The position numbers were made by a program, and so were the translations under genes. This document shows, one piece after another, positions 17,780 to 27,686 of a stretch of 64,000 bases of DNA. The stretch comes from Flavobacteriales bacterium (GTDB lineage Bacteria; Bacteroidota; Bacteroidia; Flavobacteriales_F; PHOS-HE28), in contig JAIOIH010000050.1 of the NCBI GenBank assembly GCA_019912395.1, positions 52,651-116,650 of the forward strand, given 5' to 3'. Below the pieces are notes generated by a model. That model saw only the letters and a list, made by a program, of their open reading frames with translations. It made no database searches and was not told the origin of the DNA. Position 1 is the first letter of the stretch. Every line of letters begins with the position of its first letter.

Positions 17780-19519
17780 ATGAACGTTTCGGAACAATTG
17801 CTCCAGATGTTGGTCAACGTTGGGGTAACTAATATTTACGGCGTTACCGGCGATGCGCTGAACTTCCTGGTGAAAGCCATTGAGGAGCGCGACGATGTGA
17901 ATTGGATCGCTTTCAAACATGAAGGCAACGCCTCCTTTGCCGCCTTTGGTGATAGTGGGACATCCGGTAAGCTGGCCGTGTGCGCTGGCACCGTTGGGCC
18001 AGGTGCACTGCACCTGATCAATGGATTGTACAATGCTAAAAAAGAACGGACCGCTGTAATAGCGATCACCGGTCAGGTACCACTCAAAGTGCAAGGCACG
18101 AACTACTTCCAAGAAGTGGACCTGACGAAGGTCTACGACGATGTCTGCGCCTACCAAGCCATTGTGAGAACGCCCGAGGAAGCGCCGATGGTCATGCAGC
18201 GAGCGTTGCAGATCGCCATCAGCCAGCACACCGTTTGTCGGATCGAACTCGCAGCGGATGTCGCGGGAATGAAGGCCGCCAGTGGAGAAATGGTCCACCC
18301 GATCGTTCATTCCGATGCCATCCTGATGCCCGGGGCCGCTTCCATCCGAAAAGCTGCGGATGCGATCAACGCGGCGGAACGCATCGGTATTCTTGCCGGC
18401 CATGGTTGTCGTGAAGCACGTGATGCGGTTCTTCAATTGTCCAAAAAGCTGAAGGCACCGATCACACATACGCTCAAAGCCTCCGATATCTTCGATCACG
18501 ACACTGAGAACGTCGTGGGGTTGACGGGTCTTATCGGAAATCCGTCGGGCTACAATGCGGTGATGAAATGCGATCTGCTCTTGATGCTCGCCACCGACTT
18601 CCCGTACATGGAGTACTTGCCGCACAAGACCCGGAGCATACAGGTCGACATCCGTCCGGAGAACATTGGCAATCGTACGGCGGTGGATATCGGTGTACAC
18701 AGCGACATCAATGCATTTGTGGACGCCCTCCTGCCCATGGTCGAAGAGAAAGCGGACCGCTCCTTCCTCGATAAGCTCACCGAAAGTTTTGCCGAGTACC
18801 GGAAGGGCAAAGAGAAAGAGGCTTCGCCTGAGCGCGACGGCGAACCGCTGCATCCGCAGATATTCGCCGACTTGATCAGCAAGCACGCATCCGATGATGC
18901 CATCTTCACGATCGAGACGGGTACTTCCGCCATCTGGGCGGCGAACCATATTTCATTTCACAGCGGTCGAAGGATCATCGGCTCGTTCAACCACGGATCA
19001 ATGGCTGTGGGGCTACCTGCGGCCATGGGCGCACAAATGGCGCATCCGGGCAGAGAGGTATGGTCGATCTCCGGCGACGGTGCCTTCAATATGGCCATGC
19101 AGGACTTCATTACAGCCGTGCGCTATGACCTCCCGGTGAAGATCCTTGTGCTGAACAATTCCCAGTTGAGCTTCGTGAAATTGGAAATGGAGGAGGTGGG
19201 CCTGGCACCAGCGCTCGATGCATTGCACCAAGAGAACATGAATTTTGCGGACTATGCGCGTCTCTGCGGCGGAGAAGGCATTCGTGTGGAGCATGCGGAG
19301 GACATCGAAGCGGCCATCCTTATGGCCAAACGCAGTAACAAGCCATTCATCATTGACGCAGTGGTGAGCAGCGGTGAGATCGCCCTACCGCCGCATATCG
19401 GGATCAAGGAGATCACAGGATTCGGCACCTCGAAAGCGAAGGAGGTCCTACAGATCATGACCGGCGACAAGGATCAATGGGAGAATATGAAAAATGAACT
19501 CAAAGCCTGGTTCGATTGA
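17780..19519 (+). CDS. poxB: pyruvate dehydrogenase (quinone) / pyruvate oxidase, thiamine-diphosphate dependent
   Basis: Collinear with my recollection of E. coli PoxB: IYGVTGDALN, AVCAGTVGPGALHLINGLY, LPMVEEKADRSFLDKL, GSFNHGSMA, and the TPP motif GDGAFNM...LNN. Confidence 0.88.
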   Translation: MNVSEQLLQMLVNVGVTNIYGVTGDALNFLVKAIEERDDVNWIAFKHEGNASFAAFGDSGTSGKLAVCAGTVGPGALHLINGLYNAKKERTAVIAITGQVPLKVQGTNYFQEVDLTKVYDDVCAYQAIVRTPEEAPMVMQRALQIAISQHTVCRIELAADVAGMKAASGEMVHPIVHSDAILMPGAASIRKAADAINAAERIGILAGHGCREARDAVLQLSKKLKAPITHTLKASDIFDHDTENVVGLTGLIGNPSGYNAVMKCDLLLMLATDFPYMEYLPHKTRSIQVDIRPENIGNRTAVDIGVHSDINAFVDALLPMVEEKADRSFLDKLTESFAEYRKGKEKEASPERDGEPLHPQIFADLISKHASDDAIFTIETGTSAIWAANHISFHSGRRIIGSFNHGSMAVGLPAAMGAQMAHPGREVWSISGDGAFNMAMQDFITAVRYDLPVKILVLNNSQLSFVKLEMEEVGLAPALDALHQENMNFADYARLCGGEGIRVEHAEDIEAAILMAKRSNKPFIIDAVVSSGEIALPPHIGIKEITGFGTSKAKEVLQIMTGDKDQWENMKNELKAWFD

Positions 19520-19551
19520 ACCATCAACGACACTCCGCCAGTGTGGTAACC

Positions 19552-19929
19552 ATGAGCTTGGAACAGAACAAACAGAACGCGATCGCCTTTTACCGCATGG
19601 CCTACGAAGGTGATCCACGCGGCGCCACCGAGCGGTACATCGGCAAGGAATACATCCAACACAACCCCGGCGTAGCAGATCGCACCCAAGGCTTCATCGA
19701 TTACTTCGAACGCATGCAGCGGGAGTATCCGGAGAAGTCGATCGAGTTCGTGCGTAGCATCGCGGAAGGTGATCTGGTAGCGCTACACACCCACCAGATC
19801 TGGCCCGATAACGATCAGTACATCACCATGGATTTCTTCCGCTTTGATGTGAACGGAAAAATTTGCGAGCACTGGGATTCCATTCAGCAGATACCCAAGG
19901 AGTCCGCGAACCCGAACACGATGTATTGA
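19552..19929 (+). CDS. SnoaL-like / NTF2-fold protein
   Basis: The ORF spans 19516..19929, with a probable start at ATG 19552 (MSLEQNKQNAIAFYRMAYEGD). This is typical polyketide-cyclase SnoaL-like N-terminal helix logic. Confidence 0.75.
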   Translation: MSLEQNKQNAIAFYRMAYEGDPRGATERYIGKEYIQHNPGVADRTQGFIDYFERMQREYPEKSIEFVRSIAEGDLVALHTHQIWPDNDQYITMDFFRFDVNGKICEHWDSIQQIPKESANPNTMY

Positions 19930-20000
19930 GAATGCCTAACACGCTGCATTATTAGAACACTTTTAGCGTAATTGAATTGTTGATACGTAAAATGTAGCCT

Positions 20001-20318
20001 ATGAAGAACTTGATAAATTGGGATGCGCTAGAAGATAGAGTTCCGCAACATGCGCTGGTGGCAAACGTGGACTTGGTCATCATGCGATATGACGATAGTG
20101 TGTCGGTGCTCTATGCCCGTTGCCTCCACCGAGGAGCACTCATGGCCGATGGCTTCGTGCAGGGCGACAACCTGATCTGCGGCTTACACGGATGGGACTA
20201 TCGATACGCTACTCGAGTCTCTGAATACAACAATAAGGGCACCTCGAAGTACCTCAAGGATCAAAAGAACCAGCCCATCCGAACGTCCACCGTGGCATCC
20301 ACATCGCTTACCGCATAG
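20001..20318 (+). CDS. Rieske [2Fe-2S] domain protein, apparently 3'-truncated paralogue of the N-terminus of 33421..35025
   Basis: CLHRGALMADG...CGLHGWDY retains the CxH...CxxH ligands. It aligns with 33421..35025 up to ...SEYNN (about residue 77), then diverges. The tail overlaps the convergent gene by 58 nt. It may be a decaying gene. Confidence 0.55.
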   Translation: MKNLINWDALEDRVPQHALVANVDLVIMRYDDSVSVLYARCLHRGALMADGFVQGDNLICGLHGWDYRYATRVSEYNNKGTSKYLKDQKNQPIRTSTVASTSLTA

Positions 20319-23300
20319 GAGCCTTGGAGCACCACCATGTTGAACGGGCTGATGTAGAGCCCGCCGCCGAAGGACCGGTGCCAGCCATGCTCGTCCGTGC
20401 CGTCCACCCAGACGCGGCCCGCATCGGCAAAGCCGAGGACCCCGATACGGAAAGGCACCAGGCCATCCCGATTGTTCAACACGTCCACGCGAAGCTCCGC
20501 ATTCATGTACGCGTTTGAATTTCCGGCGAAACGGGTACGCCGCATCCCCCGCACCGTTCTGCGCCCACCAATGGTCGCGGCCATCAGTGGATCGATAGTG
20601 CCATCCCGCCGATCCACTCCTCCCCGCAGGGCAAGCACAGTGCGTGTGGGCAGCCGTATCGGGATGTAGAGTGCGAGCTCCGCACCCCCGCCCGGAATGT
20701 CGTACCCCCGCTGGAGCTCCCTGTCGTAATTCAAGTGGGCGTTGAAGCGCACGCCCCTCCCCGGATCAAATTCCTGGTCCACATTATTCAGCTCGTACTC
20801 CAGGTGCAGGCCGGTGTAATCCACGCTTTGCGGCGTTCGGCCCGTTTCCGTTATTTCCGTACCGCGCAGGAACCCATTGCTCGCACCCAAGTATGATCCC
20901 ATGATCCGGAAGGTGTGTACATCATGCAGGGTGATGCTGAGGTAGGGCTTCCATTGCACCAGGTCCACACGATACTGATATTCCGCTCGGTCCGCCGGTT
21001 CTTCGGTGTGGTTGCCGTAGCCGAAGAAATTGTAGTTGAAATCCGGTGCGAGCAGATCCAGTTCCGTGCCCGCTCCCCACCGGCCCAACACTTCGTTCAC
21101 CTGCCCCCGGTACTTCAAGAAATAGGCCCCGGAAAGTCCGGCATAGCTGGCCACCAGCCTGTGCTTCCACTTGTAGGGGTCCACCCGGAACCCTTGCCGC
21201 GTATAGTTGAAACCAGCACCCAGGAACAGGCCATCATCCGGGTTGTACCCCACATTGATCAACGGCATGATCCGATCGTGTACAAAGGAACCGCGATCAT
21301 ACTCCAACGCGTCCTTCACCTTATGCACCACAATGTGCGTTTCACCCCCGGTCTTGATCTTGTTGGCCTTCTTTCCCTTGGTCGCCGTTTCATACACCAC
21401 CGTTCGGCGGGAAGGACCGCGCACATGCGACTTGTCCTGGATGCGGTCCTTTTCCACGCCCCCCACGATCCGCACCGTGATGCTGCGCTTCACATCGCCG
21501 TCCACGCGGTATTTGTCGTTCCCTTCCAGGCCGTAGATCCGGATCTCCTTCGTTTCGTTCCGGTGGAAGCGACGATGGTACATCCGCTTGTCCTCCACCT
21601 TTTTGCCCTTCTTGAGGGGATGGACGTTCACTACCACATCGTCCCCATCGCGCAGCACTTCGAAGATCTCGTCATCGTCGGTGCCCACCACGTCCACATT
21701 CCGTGCAAGGTCCTTGTAGTACCGCTCCGCAATGCGTTCCAACCCATCGCGCCGCCCCTTCAGCCCGGCCTCGATCCGTGCACCGTGCAGCGCACGCGCC
21801 GTGTCGGGAAAGCAGGCCAAGGCTTCCTCGATCGCCGCATCGGTCAGTTCCGTTCGCATGCTGTCCACGATCTGCTTCCAATCCTTCCACTCCAGTTGCG
21901 TGAGGTATGCGCGATCCAGATAGCGCGCATTGTAATTCTGCCCCGCAATGTCCCGGATGTCCGGACCGAAGCTTTGGAATTTCCGCATGGCCCAGCGCCT
22001 GTTGAGGATGTTGGGCAGGATGCCGTTCTGCGTGAAGAAGGCCTGATCGCGGTCGCGGGGAATGGGCTTGTACACGGTCTTCCCCTTTTCCTTGAACTTC
22101 GCCCAACGCCATTGATCATCGTGGCGGTCCCAATCGCCGATCACGTTGTCCAATAGCCGCGCTCGCAACAACGCACGCTCGTCCACCGCATGCCCTTGAT
22201 GGCTTTTGATGGCGTCGATCACTTCACCGGAACTCACCATTTCGGTGCTCCCGCCCAGATTGGGGCGATCGCTCCAATCCCCGTCCGTTCGCTCTTCCAA
22301 CAAGCAGACCGTACCGCCGAAAAAGTCGTCGAACTCACCGAGGGCGCGCTGGTGCGGAACATGCACCAACTTGCTGTCGAGGTAGGGAACACCCACCGCC
22401 CGTGCCAGTGGCGGGATCGCGATCGCGGCATACGGGTTCGAAGCCGCAATGCCGTCCGAGACGAAGCTCTCCACGATCGTTCCGCGCAATTCGGGTGTCA
22501 GCGCATTGGCCGGGTACTTCTTCACATCGCGCAGCACGTACTCGTGGCCATCAGCAGCCTTCAGGCGTAAGGACCGGGTTTGCATTCCGCCGCCCATCTT
22601 CTCCGGCACCGAGCCCCCATGGAGCGTGTCCAGGAGAACATTCCTCACATCCACGGGAGCGGTCCACAGGTCGCGGTACAAGGATCCGAAGAACACTTGC
22701 TTCATCCAGGAGGCCTTCAGATCGGGATTCGGTACGGCGGTAACAATTGGTGGCGGTGCTTGAGCGGGCCAGCTTTCGGGCGCTACGAAACGGGGTGGGA
22801 TGGGCGGCAACACGCGGGAGAACACCGAGGCTGTTCCACCGGTGACCGTGAAGTAATCGATCTGCACGGAGCCATCCGCCTGGATCCGGAGCCGTGCGAA
22901 ACCACGCTCGGAAAGGACAAGATCACATTTCGCCGTGCTTCGCATGAAATCCGCCTTGGAACCGGATCCGCTCAGCACGTGGGCCACTCCATCGCGCTCC
23001 ACGTATTGCAGGCCATGTTCATGCCCGGCCGCGTAGATGAGCCCCGGGTACTGCTTGAACTGTTCCAACAGGGCCTTGCGCATCCCGCGGTACTCCACAT
23101 GCGCAACGTCCTGCACATCGCCCAGTAACTTGCGGTACAAAGGATAGATGCTGCCCACTATGGGAAGTGGCACGTATGCGTTCTTGTTCAATGCAGTGAG
23201 CGGGAACAGATGGTCCGTCCACGGAAAATGCCCGCCATGATTGCCCTCGCTGTACATGGGATGGTGCCCCGCCACGATGATCCTCTTGTCCCTGGCATCC

Positions 23301-23914
23301 TTCAGCTCCTCCCGCAATTCCGCCATCACATCTTCCGGGGTGGACGCCCCGCAGCCATCCTTGTCGCCCACGGGTTTCCGGTAGTGGTGCAGCCACCATT
23401 GCGTGTCCAACAACACCAGCACCGCATCCTTGCCCATCTTCACCGTGACCGGTCCGGGGCAACCGCCCCCCGGCAAGTAGGAATCCTTGCCCAGTTCGTC
23501 CTCCACAAAGCGTTCCTGGCGCTGCACGGCCTTCCATCCGTTCTTGCCCCCTTGCTCCCAGTCGTGGTTCCCCGGAATGAAGATCGCACGGACATCCCGG
23601 TCCTTCACCACATCGATCTGCACTTGGATCCGGGCCTCATCGGCGGCGCGCATCGGGTTGTCCTTCTTGTGCAAACCGCGCGGGTAGATGTTGTCACCCA
23701 GGAAGAGCACGGTCCTGTCCGGGGTGCGGTCGTGCTGTAGCAGGCTGTCCAGCAAACGCAATACCGGTGCGCTGTGGTCCTCACCGACCTCACCGGCATC
23801 GCCGATGAGGTAAATGGTATGCGATGCCGATGGCGGCTGGGCGATCATCGGTGCACTCCAGGCGAATGCCGCGAGGATCGGAACGAGGAAAGCAATGCGG
23901 ACCTTGTTCATCAT
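20261..23914 (-). CDS. calcineurin-like metallophosphoesterase fused to a large C-terminal outer-membrane-type domain
   Basis: The ORF spans 20261..24073. The probable start is ATG 23914 (MMNKVRIAFLVPILAAFAWS), which overlaps the upstream stop as ATGA. Phosphoesterase motifs: IGDAGE, LGDNIY, PGNHDW, AGHHPMY, GHEHGLQ. The C-terminus ...VDVRMGWFF ends in aromatic residues as in OM beta-barrels. Confidence 0.8.
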   Translation of the reverse strand: MMNKVRIAFLVPILAAFAWSAPMIAQPPSASHTIYLIGDAGEVGEDHSAPVLRLLDSLLQHDRTPDRTVLFLGDNIYPRGLHKKDNPMRAADEARIQVQIDVVKDRDVRAIFIPGNHDWEQGGKNGWKAVQRQERFVEDELGKDSYLPGGGCPGPVTVKMGKDAVLVLLDTQWWLHHYRKPVGDKDGCGASTPEDVMAELREELKDARDKRIIVAGHHPMYSEGNHGGHFPWTDHLFPLTALNKNAYVPLPIVGSIYPLYRKLLGDVQDVAHVEYRGMRKALLEQFKQYPGLIYAAGHEHGLQYVERDGVAHVLSGSGSKADFMRSTAKCDLVLSERGFARLRIQADGSVQIDYFTVTGGTASVFSRVLPPIPPRFVAPESWPAQAPPPIVTAVPNPDLKASWMKQVFFGSLYRDLWTAPVDVRNVLLDTLHGGSVPEKMGGGMQTRSLRLKAADGHEYVLRDVKKYPANALTPELRGTIVESFVSDGIAASNPYAAIAIPPLARAVGVPYLDSKLVHVPHQRALGEFDDFFGGTVCLLEERTDGDWSDRPNLGGSTEMVSSGEVIDAIKSHQGHAVDERALLRARLLDNVIGDWDRHDDQWRWAKFKEKGKTVYKPIPRDRDQAFFTQNGILPNILNRRWAMRKFQSFGPDIRDIAGQNYNARYLDRAYLTQLEWKDWKQIVDSMRTELTDAAIEEALACFPDTARALHGARIEAGLKGRRDGLERIAERYYKDLARNVDVVGTDDDEIFEVLRDGDDVVVNVHPLKKGKKVEDKRMYHRRFHRNETKEIRIYGLEGNDKYRVDGDVKRSITVRIVGGVEKDRIQDKSHVRGPSRRTVVYETATKGKKANKIKTGGETHIVVHKVKDALEYDRGSFVHDRIMPLINVGYNPDDGLFLGAGFNYTRQGFRVDPYKWKHRLVASYAGLSGAYFLKYRGQVNEVLGRWGAGTELDLLAPDFNYNFFGYGNHTEEPADRAEYQYRVDLVQWKPYLSITLHDVHTFRIMGSYLGASNGFLRGTEITETGRTPQSVDYTGLHLEYELNNVDQEFDPGRGVRFNAHLNYDRELQRGYDIPGGGAELALYIPIRLPTRTVLALRGGVDRRDGTIDPLMAATIGGRRTVRGMRRTRFAGNSNAYMNAELRVDVLNNRDGLVPFRIGVLGFADAGRVWVDGTDEHGWHRSFGGGLYISPFNMVVLQGSYAVSDVDATVDVRMGWFF

Positions 23915-24903
23915 GGCCACATGCTCTTTGGCGGAACAACGAAGAATCCCGCACCGAAATAGAATGCGTTGTTCACCGTGTTGGACAGGATCACCTCGCC
24001 GCGTTGCGTGCCGTGGTCCGTAACAAGCGAGAGGTCCAGGTTCATGTTCAGCCCGGCATCGGCCCCGAACCAAAGCCAGTCGTGGATCTCCCGTTCATAG
24101 CGTACGAATACACGGAGGTCGGACCGTTCAAGGTAGTACACCCCGTTAAGGCCCTGCTCTTGCAAGCGGATGTTGTAGTTCGTGCCCTCCACCTTTACAC
24201 CGGCCAATAGGCGGTTGCTCTTACCGAGTTCGTAGTACACCCGGGCATGCGCGGGAAGCAGCACATCCACTCCCCAATGCCGATCGATGGACCGCTGATA
24301 CGCCACCACCGGAAGGAATGACGCATGGCCCAGGGTGTAACTGAACGCCACCCCGAAGCCGAACGAAAAGCGTGGATCGCGCTTCACACCATAGACCGCC
24401 GCCACTTCGTGCTTCAGTGCATTGTTCTTGGAGGCGAACGTTCCCGTACCATCATCATTCATGCTGGAATTGGTGCGCACCACCAAGTACTTGTTCCCGA
24501 TGAACGGCTTCACGATGTAGAGGCCGGCCTGTATGGACCGAAGCTGCTTTTCATGCAACAACGAAAGCACCTGGCTCCCGTATCCGCCCGAATTGTCCAA
24601 TTCGTAGTTCTCCGTGGCATAGCCCAAGCTCATGTTGAGCTTGAAGTTGCGCCGGATGAACACCGGGAAGCGCAACTTCGAATTGAACCGCGCATTTCTG
24701 CGCACTTCGGTGGTGTAGTCCCCTGATGCCACATCGTTCCGGGTCCCTTGAATGCCGTAGTCCATCATCCTTTCGTAGGTGAGCTCCAAGCCTTTGGGCC
24801 GTGGTTGCCCTTCGATGGTGGGGATGCAGAAAACGGTGGAATCCTGTGCGGCGAGCACACCCCAAGAACCAAGGACCAGAAGGATAGCGATGCCCCTTTT
24901 CAT
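23911..24903 (-). CDS. hypothetical outer-membrane beta-barrel-like protein
   Basis: The ORF spans 23911..24960, with a probable start at ATG 24903 (MKRGIAILLVLGSWGVLAAQ signal peptide). The pattern of alternating hydrophobic residues is typical of beta-strands. It is translationally coupled to the downstream phosphoesterase gene. Confidence 0.6.
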   Translation of the reverse strand: MKRGIAILLVLGSWGVLAAQDSTVFCIPTIEGQPRPKGLELTYERMMDYGIQGTRNDVASGDYTTEVRRNARFNSKLRFPVFIRRNFKLNMSLGYATENYELDNSGGYGSQVLSLLHEKQLRSIQAGLYIVKPFIGNKYLVVRTNSSMNDDGTGTFASKNNALKHEVAAVYGVKRDPRFSFGFGVAFSYTLGHASFLPVVAYQRSIDRHWGVDVLLPAHARVYYELGKSNRLLAGVKVEGTNYNIRLQEQGLNGVYYLERSDLRVFVRYEREIHDWLWFGADAGLNMNLDLSLVTDHGTQRGEVILSNTVNNAFYFGAGFFVVPPKSMWP

Positions 24904-24904
24904 G

Positions 24905-25771
24905 TCAATTCGCGATGGGTTCGTACACCAGTAGACGGCCAGCCCCACCGCGACCTTCACTGGAGATCAGCAGCAGTCCGTCGGGATCGAGATCGAGCCC
25001 TTCGGGTTGGGGGAACAGGGCCCGTTCCAAGTAGGTGGCATCGATCACATTGCCCGTTCCGTTCAACACCACGATCATGCGATCATGGGCCGAAAGCAAC
25101 CAGTAGTTCCCCGTGGTAGGATGAATGGCGATCGCTGATGGCGCAAACCGCATCCCCTTGGTCATTAGTCCGCGCTTGGCCAAGGCCACCTTGATGCTGT
25201 CCAGATGAACGACCAACGCGGGATCGGGATCCAACTCGCCCGTGACCGGATCGAACGCATATACCGCTCGCTGAACGCGTGCATCCAGTCCGCTGCCGGG
25301 ATCGGCCTTGCACGCCATCAACAACCGCTCTCTTCGAACGTCCCAACAGGAACCTTCCACATCATTGCGCCTCGTCAATCCGGTCTTCCAGTGATCCACC
25401 TTCTTCCCGGAACCACCATGGAGGCGATCCACGCGGCCATCGCTTCGGACCGCATAGAGGTGTTCGCCATCACTGGCCACGGATTCATAATCGCCGTTCT
25501 TGTCAAAGTCCATGCTCCCGGTGATCTTCTTGCGGCTGATGTCGAAAATGAACACCTCCCCTTTCTCATCCTGCACCATGGCAATGTGGTCCTTCCGCCA
25601 CCACGCAAGTCCGGAGATCTCACGCATCTCCTTCGGTAGCTCGAACGCTTGTGAAGGCCGGTCCAGCCGATACCCTTGAAATTCCTTGGTTCCGCACGAC
25701 GCTAAGGTTCCAACGAACAACACGACGACTGGAACAAGAGGACGCGATGGAATGAAAGTCATTGGTTTCAT
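24905..25771 (-). CDS. SdiA-regulated-domain / YjiK-like beta-propeller lipoprotein
   Basis: The ORF spans 24905..25915, with a probable start at ATG 25771 (MKPMTFIPSRPLVPVVVLFVGTLASCG lipobox). EISGLAW...GEVFIFD...EGLDLDPDGLLLISSEG resembles the SdiA-regulated family. Confidence 0.55.
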   Translation of the reverse strand: MKPMTFIPSRPLVPVVVLFVGTLASCGTKEFQGYRLDRPSQAFELPKEMREISGLAWWRKDHIAMVQDEKGEVFIFDISRKKITGSMDFDKNGDYESVASDGEHLYAVRSDGRVDRLHGGSGKKVDHWKTGLTRRNDVEGSCWDVRRERLLMACKADPGSGLDARVQRAVYAFDPVTGELDPDPALVVHLDSIKVALAKRGLMTKGMRFAPSAIAIHPTTGNYWLLSAHDRMIVVLNGTGNVIDATYLERALFPQPEGLDLDPDGLLLISSEGRGGAGRLLVYEPIAN

Positions 25772-25861
25772 GTGTCGCAAGGTCTGACTACACCTGACGT
25801 TGGTGATCGTTCCAATATACCACCTGCATAAGCATGTTCGACATACGCTTAAGTTTACACT

Positions 25862-26455
25862 ATGTCCAGAACGGAAGGAACGGTCTCGTCCGATCCAATT
25901 GCGATGGGACCACATGACCTGTCCAAATGGGTTCGTGAGTATACCAGCCAGCTATTACGGTACGCATCAGCGCGTGTAAACGACCGTGCAGTAGCAGAGG
26001 ATCTCGTGCAGATCACGTTCATGTCGGCATGGCAGTCCGTGGATAAGTTCAAGGAACAAAGCAGCCCGCGCACATGGCTGTTCTCCATCCTGAAACACAA
26101 GCTCGCCGATCATTATCGCAAAGCCTACCGCGACCCTGTCATTCACAATAGCAACCTACAGGTTGATGACCGATTTGATGATGATGGTCGCTGGGTACCG
26201 GAACATCGACCCACCGAGAACGACATGCACGAGGCCGATGATGCCGAGGCCATGAACAGGTATCTGGCCCATTGTTTGAAATTATTGCCGGACCATTGGC
26301 GCGCCGCCATTGAAATGAAATACCTGAAAGAACGCGACGCTGAAGCGATCTGTCAGGAGCTGGGCATATCCGTTACCAACTACTGGCAACAGGTACATCG
26401 TGCGAAGGTGAAGCTCCGCGAATGCATCAGTAAACAAGGCGCCGCGCACAGTTGA
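25862..26455 (+). CDS. ECF-type RNA polymerase sigma-70 family factor
   Basis: Region 2 motif AEDLVQITFMSAW...RTWLFSILKHKLADHYRK. Region 4 HTH: AEAICQELGISVTNYWQQVHRAKVKLRECI. Confidence 0.88.
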   Translation: MSRTEGTVSSDPIAMGPHDLSKWVREYTSQLLRYASARVNDRAVAEDLVQITFMSAWQSVDKFKEQSSPRTWLFSILKHKLADHYRKAYRDPVIHNSNLQVDDRFDDDGRWVPEHRPTENDMHEADDAEAMNRYLAHCLKLLPDHWRAAIEMKYLKERDAEAICQELGISVTNYWQQVHRAKVKLRECISKQGAAHS

Positions 26456-26461
26456 GGATCC

Positions 26462-26713
26462 ATGAATATCATGAACAAGTTGATGCTTTCCTGTTTGAAG
26501 GCGACCGAATTGACAGAGCGTGCTTCGATGGCACCATTGGGTCCATTGCATCAACTGCAACTTTGGATGCACTTGCGCATGTGCGATGGCTGTCGTGCAT
26601 TCAGATCGCAGAGCAAGATCATCGACCACTTCATGGAGGCCCGGAATACCAAGGTCGAAACGGGTGATACCAAGGTTCTGGAGGACCGGATCCTTGACCA
26701 GGTTAAGCGTTAG
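26462..26713 (+). CDS. putative anti-sigma factor (zinc-finger type)
   Basis: 83 aa, starting 6 nt after the sigma gene. H-x3-C-x2-C motif (HLRMCDGC) as in ZAS/zf-HC2 anti-sigma factors. Confidence 0.6.
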   Translation: MNIMNKLMLSCLKATELTERASMAPLGPLHQLQLWMHLRMCDGCRAFRSQSKIIDHFMEARNTKVETGDTKVLEDRILDQVKR

Positions 26714-27165
26714 GACAGTCCTGCTAGGAACATGGTGTGCAGCTCCTGTAGCTCCACCGATCACTTTCCATAGGTAACTCGTACACCGTCCGGTCCACAA
26801 TTGACCCCGCGTCGCCTGGAGCGGAACTTCGTGCACGGCGACCATCGAAACGAGCTGATCGTTAACGCTGCGCCCTACAACCGCACAACACATCGCTCCT
26901 ACGAACACTTCCATCCTACCGAACCAAGGGTACGCTTGCTATACCATTCGTACAGGCAACTTCCCGCTGAAAGCCATGGTGGGGCTACCGGCACGCTACG
27001 CCTAGGACGCGTATTCGCATCCAGCCGATCTTGATAGACCATTGCGCGGCGTAGCGCAAGAATTCGATGGCCGTGGTGAATGTTTTTTTCACCTCTTGGT
27101 CAGTTCTGGAATATCCAAGCGACACCTAGTTCAACAAATGGCAAAGCGCCATACACGAAAGGAAC

Positions 27166-27666
27166 ATGGATCCATACGCACCGACCCCCGATCGCAAAGG
27201 GCTTCTCCGAAAAGGATTGCTGGTAGTCTTGATCATCGTTGCAGCAGGAGCTGGTTATGGCTTCTACCTCTTCAACCTGCCACATCGCGATGTACAAAGC
27301 ACAGCTGCCGACGCATCGATCAGCTCCACGGAATTGGTGAACGAATACCTGAACGATGCTGCCGGGGCCAATGCGAAATACCTCAACGAGGAGGGCGAAA
27401 GCAAGGTGCTATCGATCACAGGAACGGTCGCATCCATCGAAACTGACCTGAAGGGACAGGTGGTCGTAAAGCTCATGGAACCAAAAGCCAAGGCCGGTGT
27501 ACGCTGTTCCTTCACCATGGAGACCAATGCACATACCGATCATTTGAAGCTCGGTGAAAATGTCACCCTCAAAGGTGTGATCCGGGCCGGTGCCGGATAC
27601 GACGCCGATCTGGAACTCTTTGAGGATGCCGTACTGGAAAAGTGCAGCATCGCCACGAACAACTAA
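27166..27666 (+). CDS. membrane-anchored OB-fold (tRNA_anti-like) protein
   Basis: N-terminal TM helix LLVVLIIVAAGAGYGFYLF. TELVNEYLNDAAGANAKYL...VLSITGTV...V.LKGV resembles the tRNA_anti-like OB-fold family common in Bacteroidota. Confidence 0.5.
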   Translation: MDPYAPTPDRKGLLRKGLLVVLIIVAAGAGYGFYLFNLPHRDVQSTAADASISSTELVNEYLNDAAGANAKYLNEEGESKVLSITGTVASIETDLKGQVVVKLMEPKAKAGVRCSFTMETNAHTDHLKLGENVTLKGVIRAGAGYDADLELFEDAVLEKCSIATNN

Positions 27667-27686
27667 CCACTAAATCAACGTACGAA

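Noticed and set aside
17750-18949. 399-aa ORF on the - strand
   Set aside because: It is antisense to poxB, whose frame is collinear with E. coli PoxB.
20915-22156. 413-aa ORF on the + strand
   Set aside because: It is antisense to the central part of the 1217-aa metallophosphoesterase gene and has a His/Pro/Arg/Val-rich low-complexity composition.
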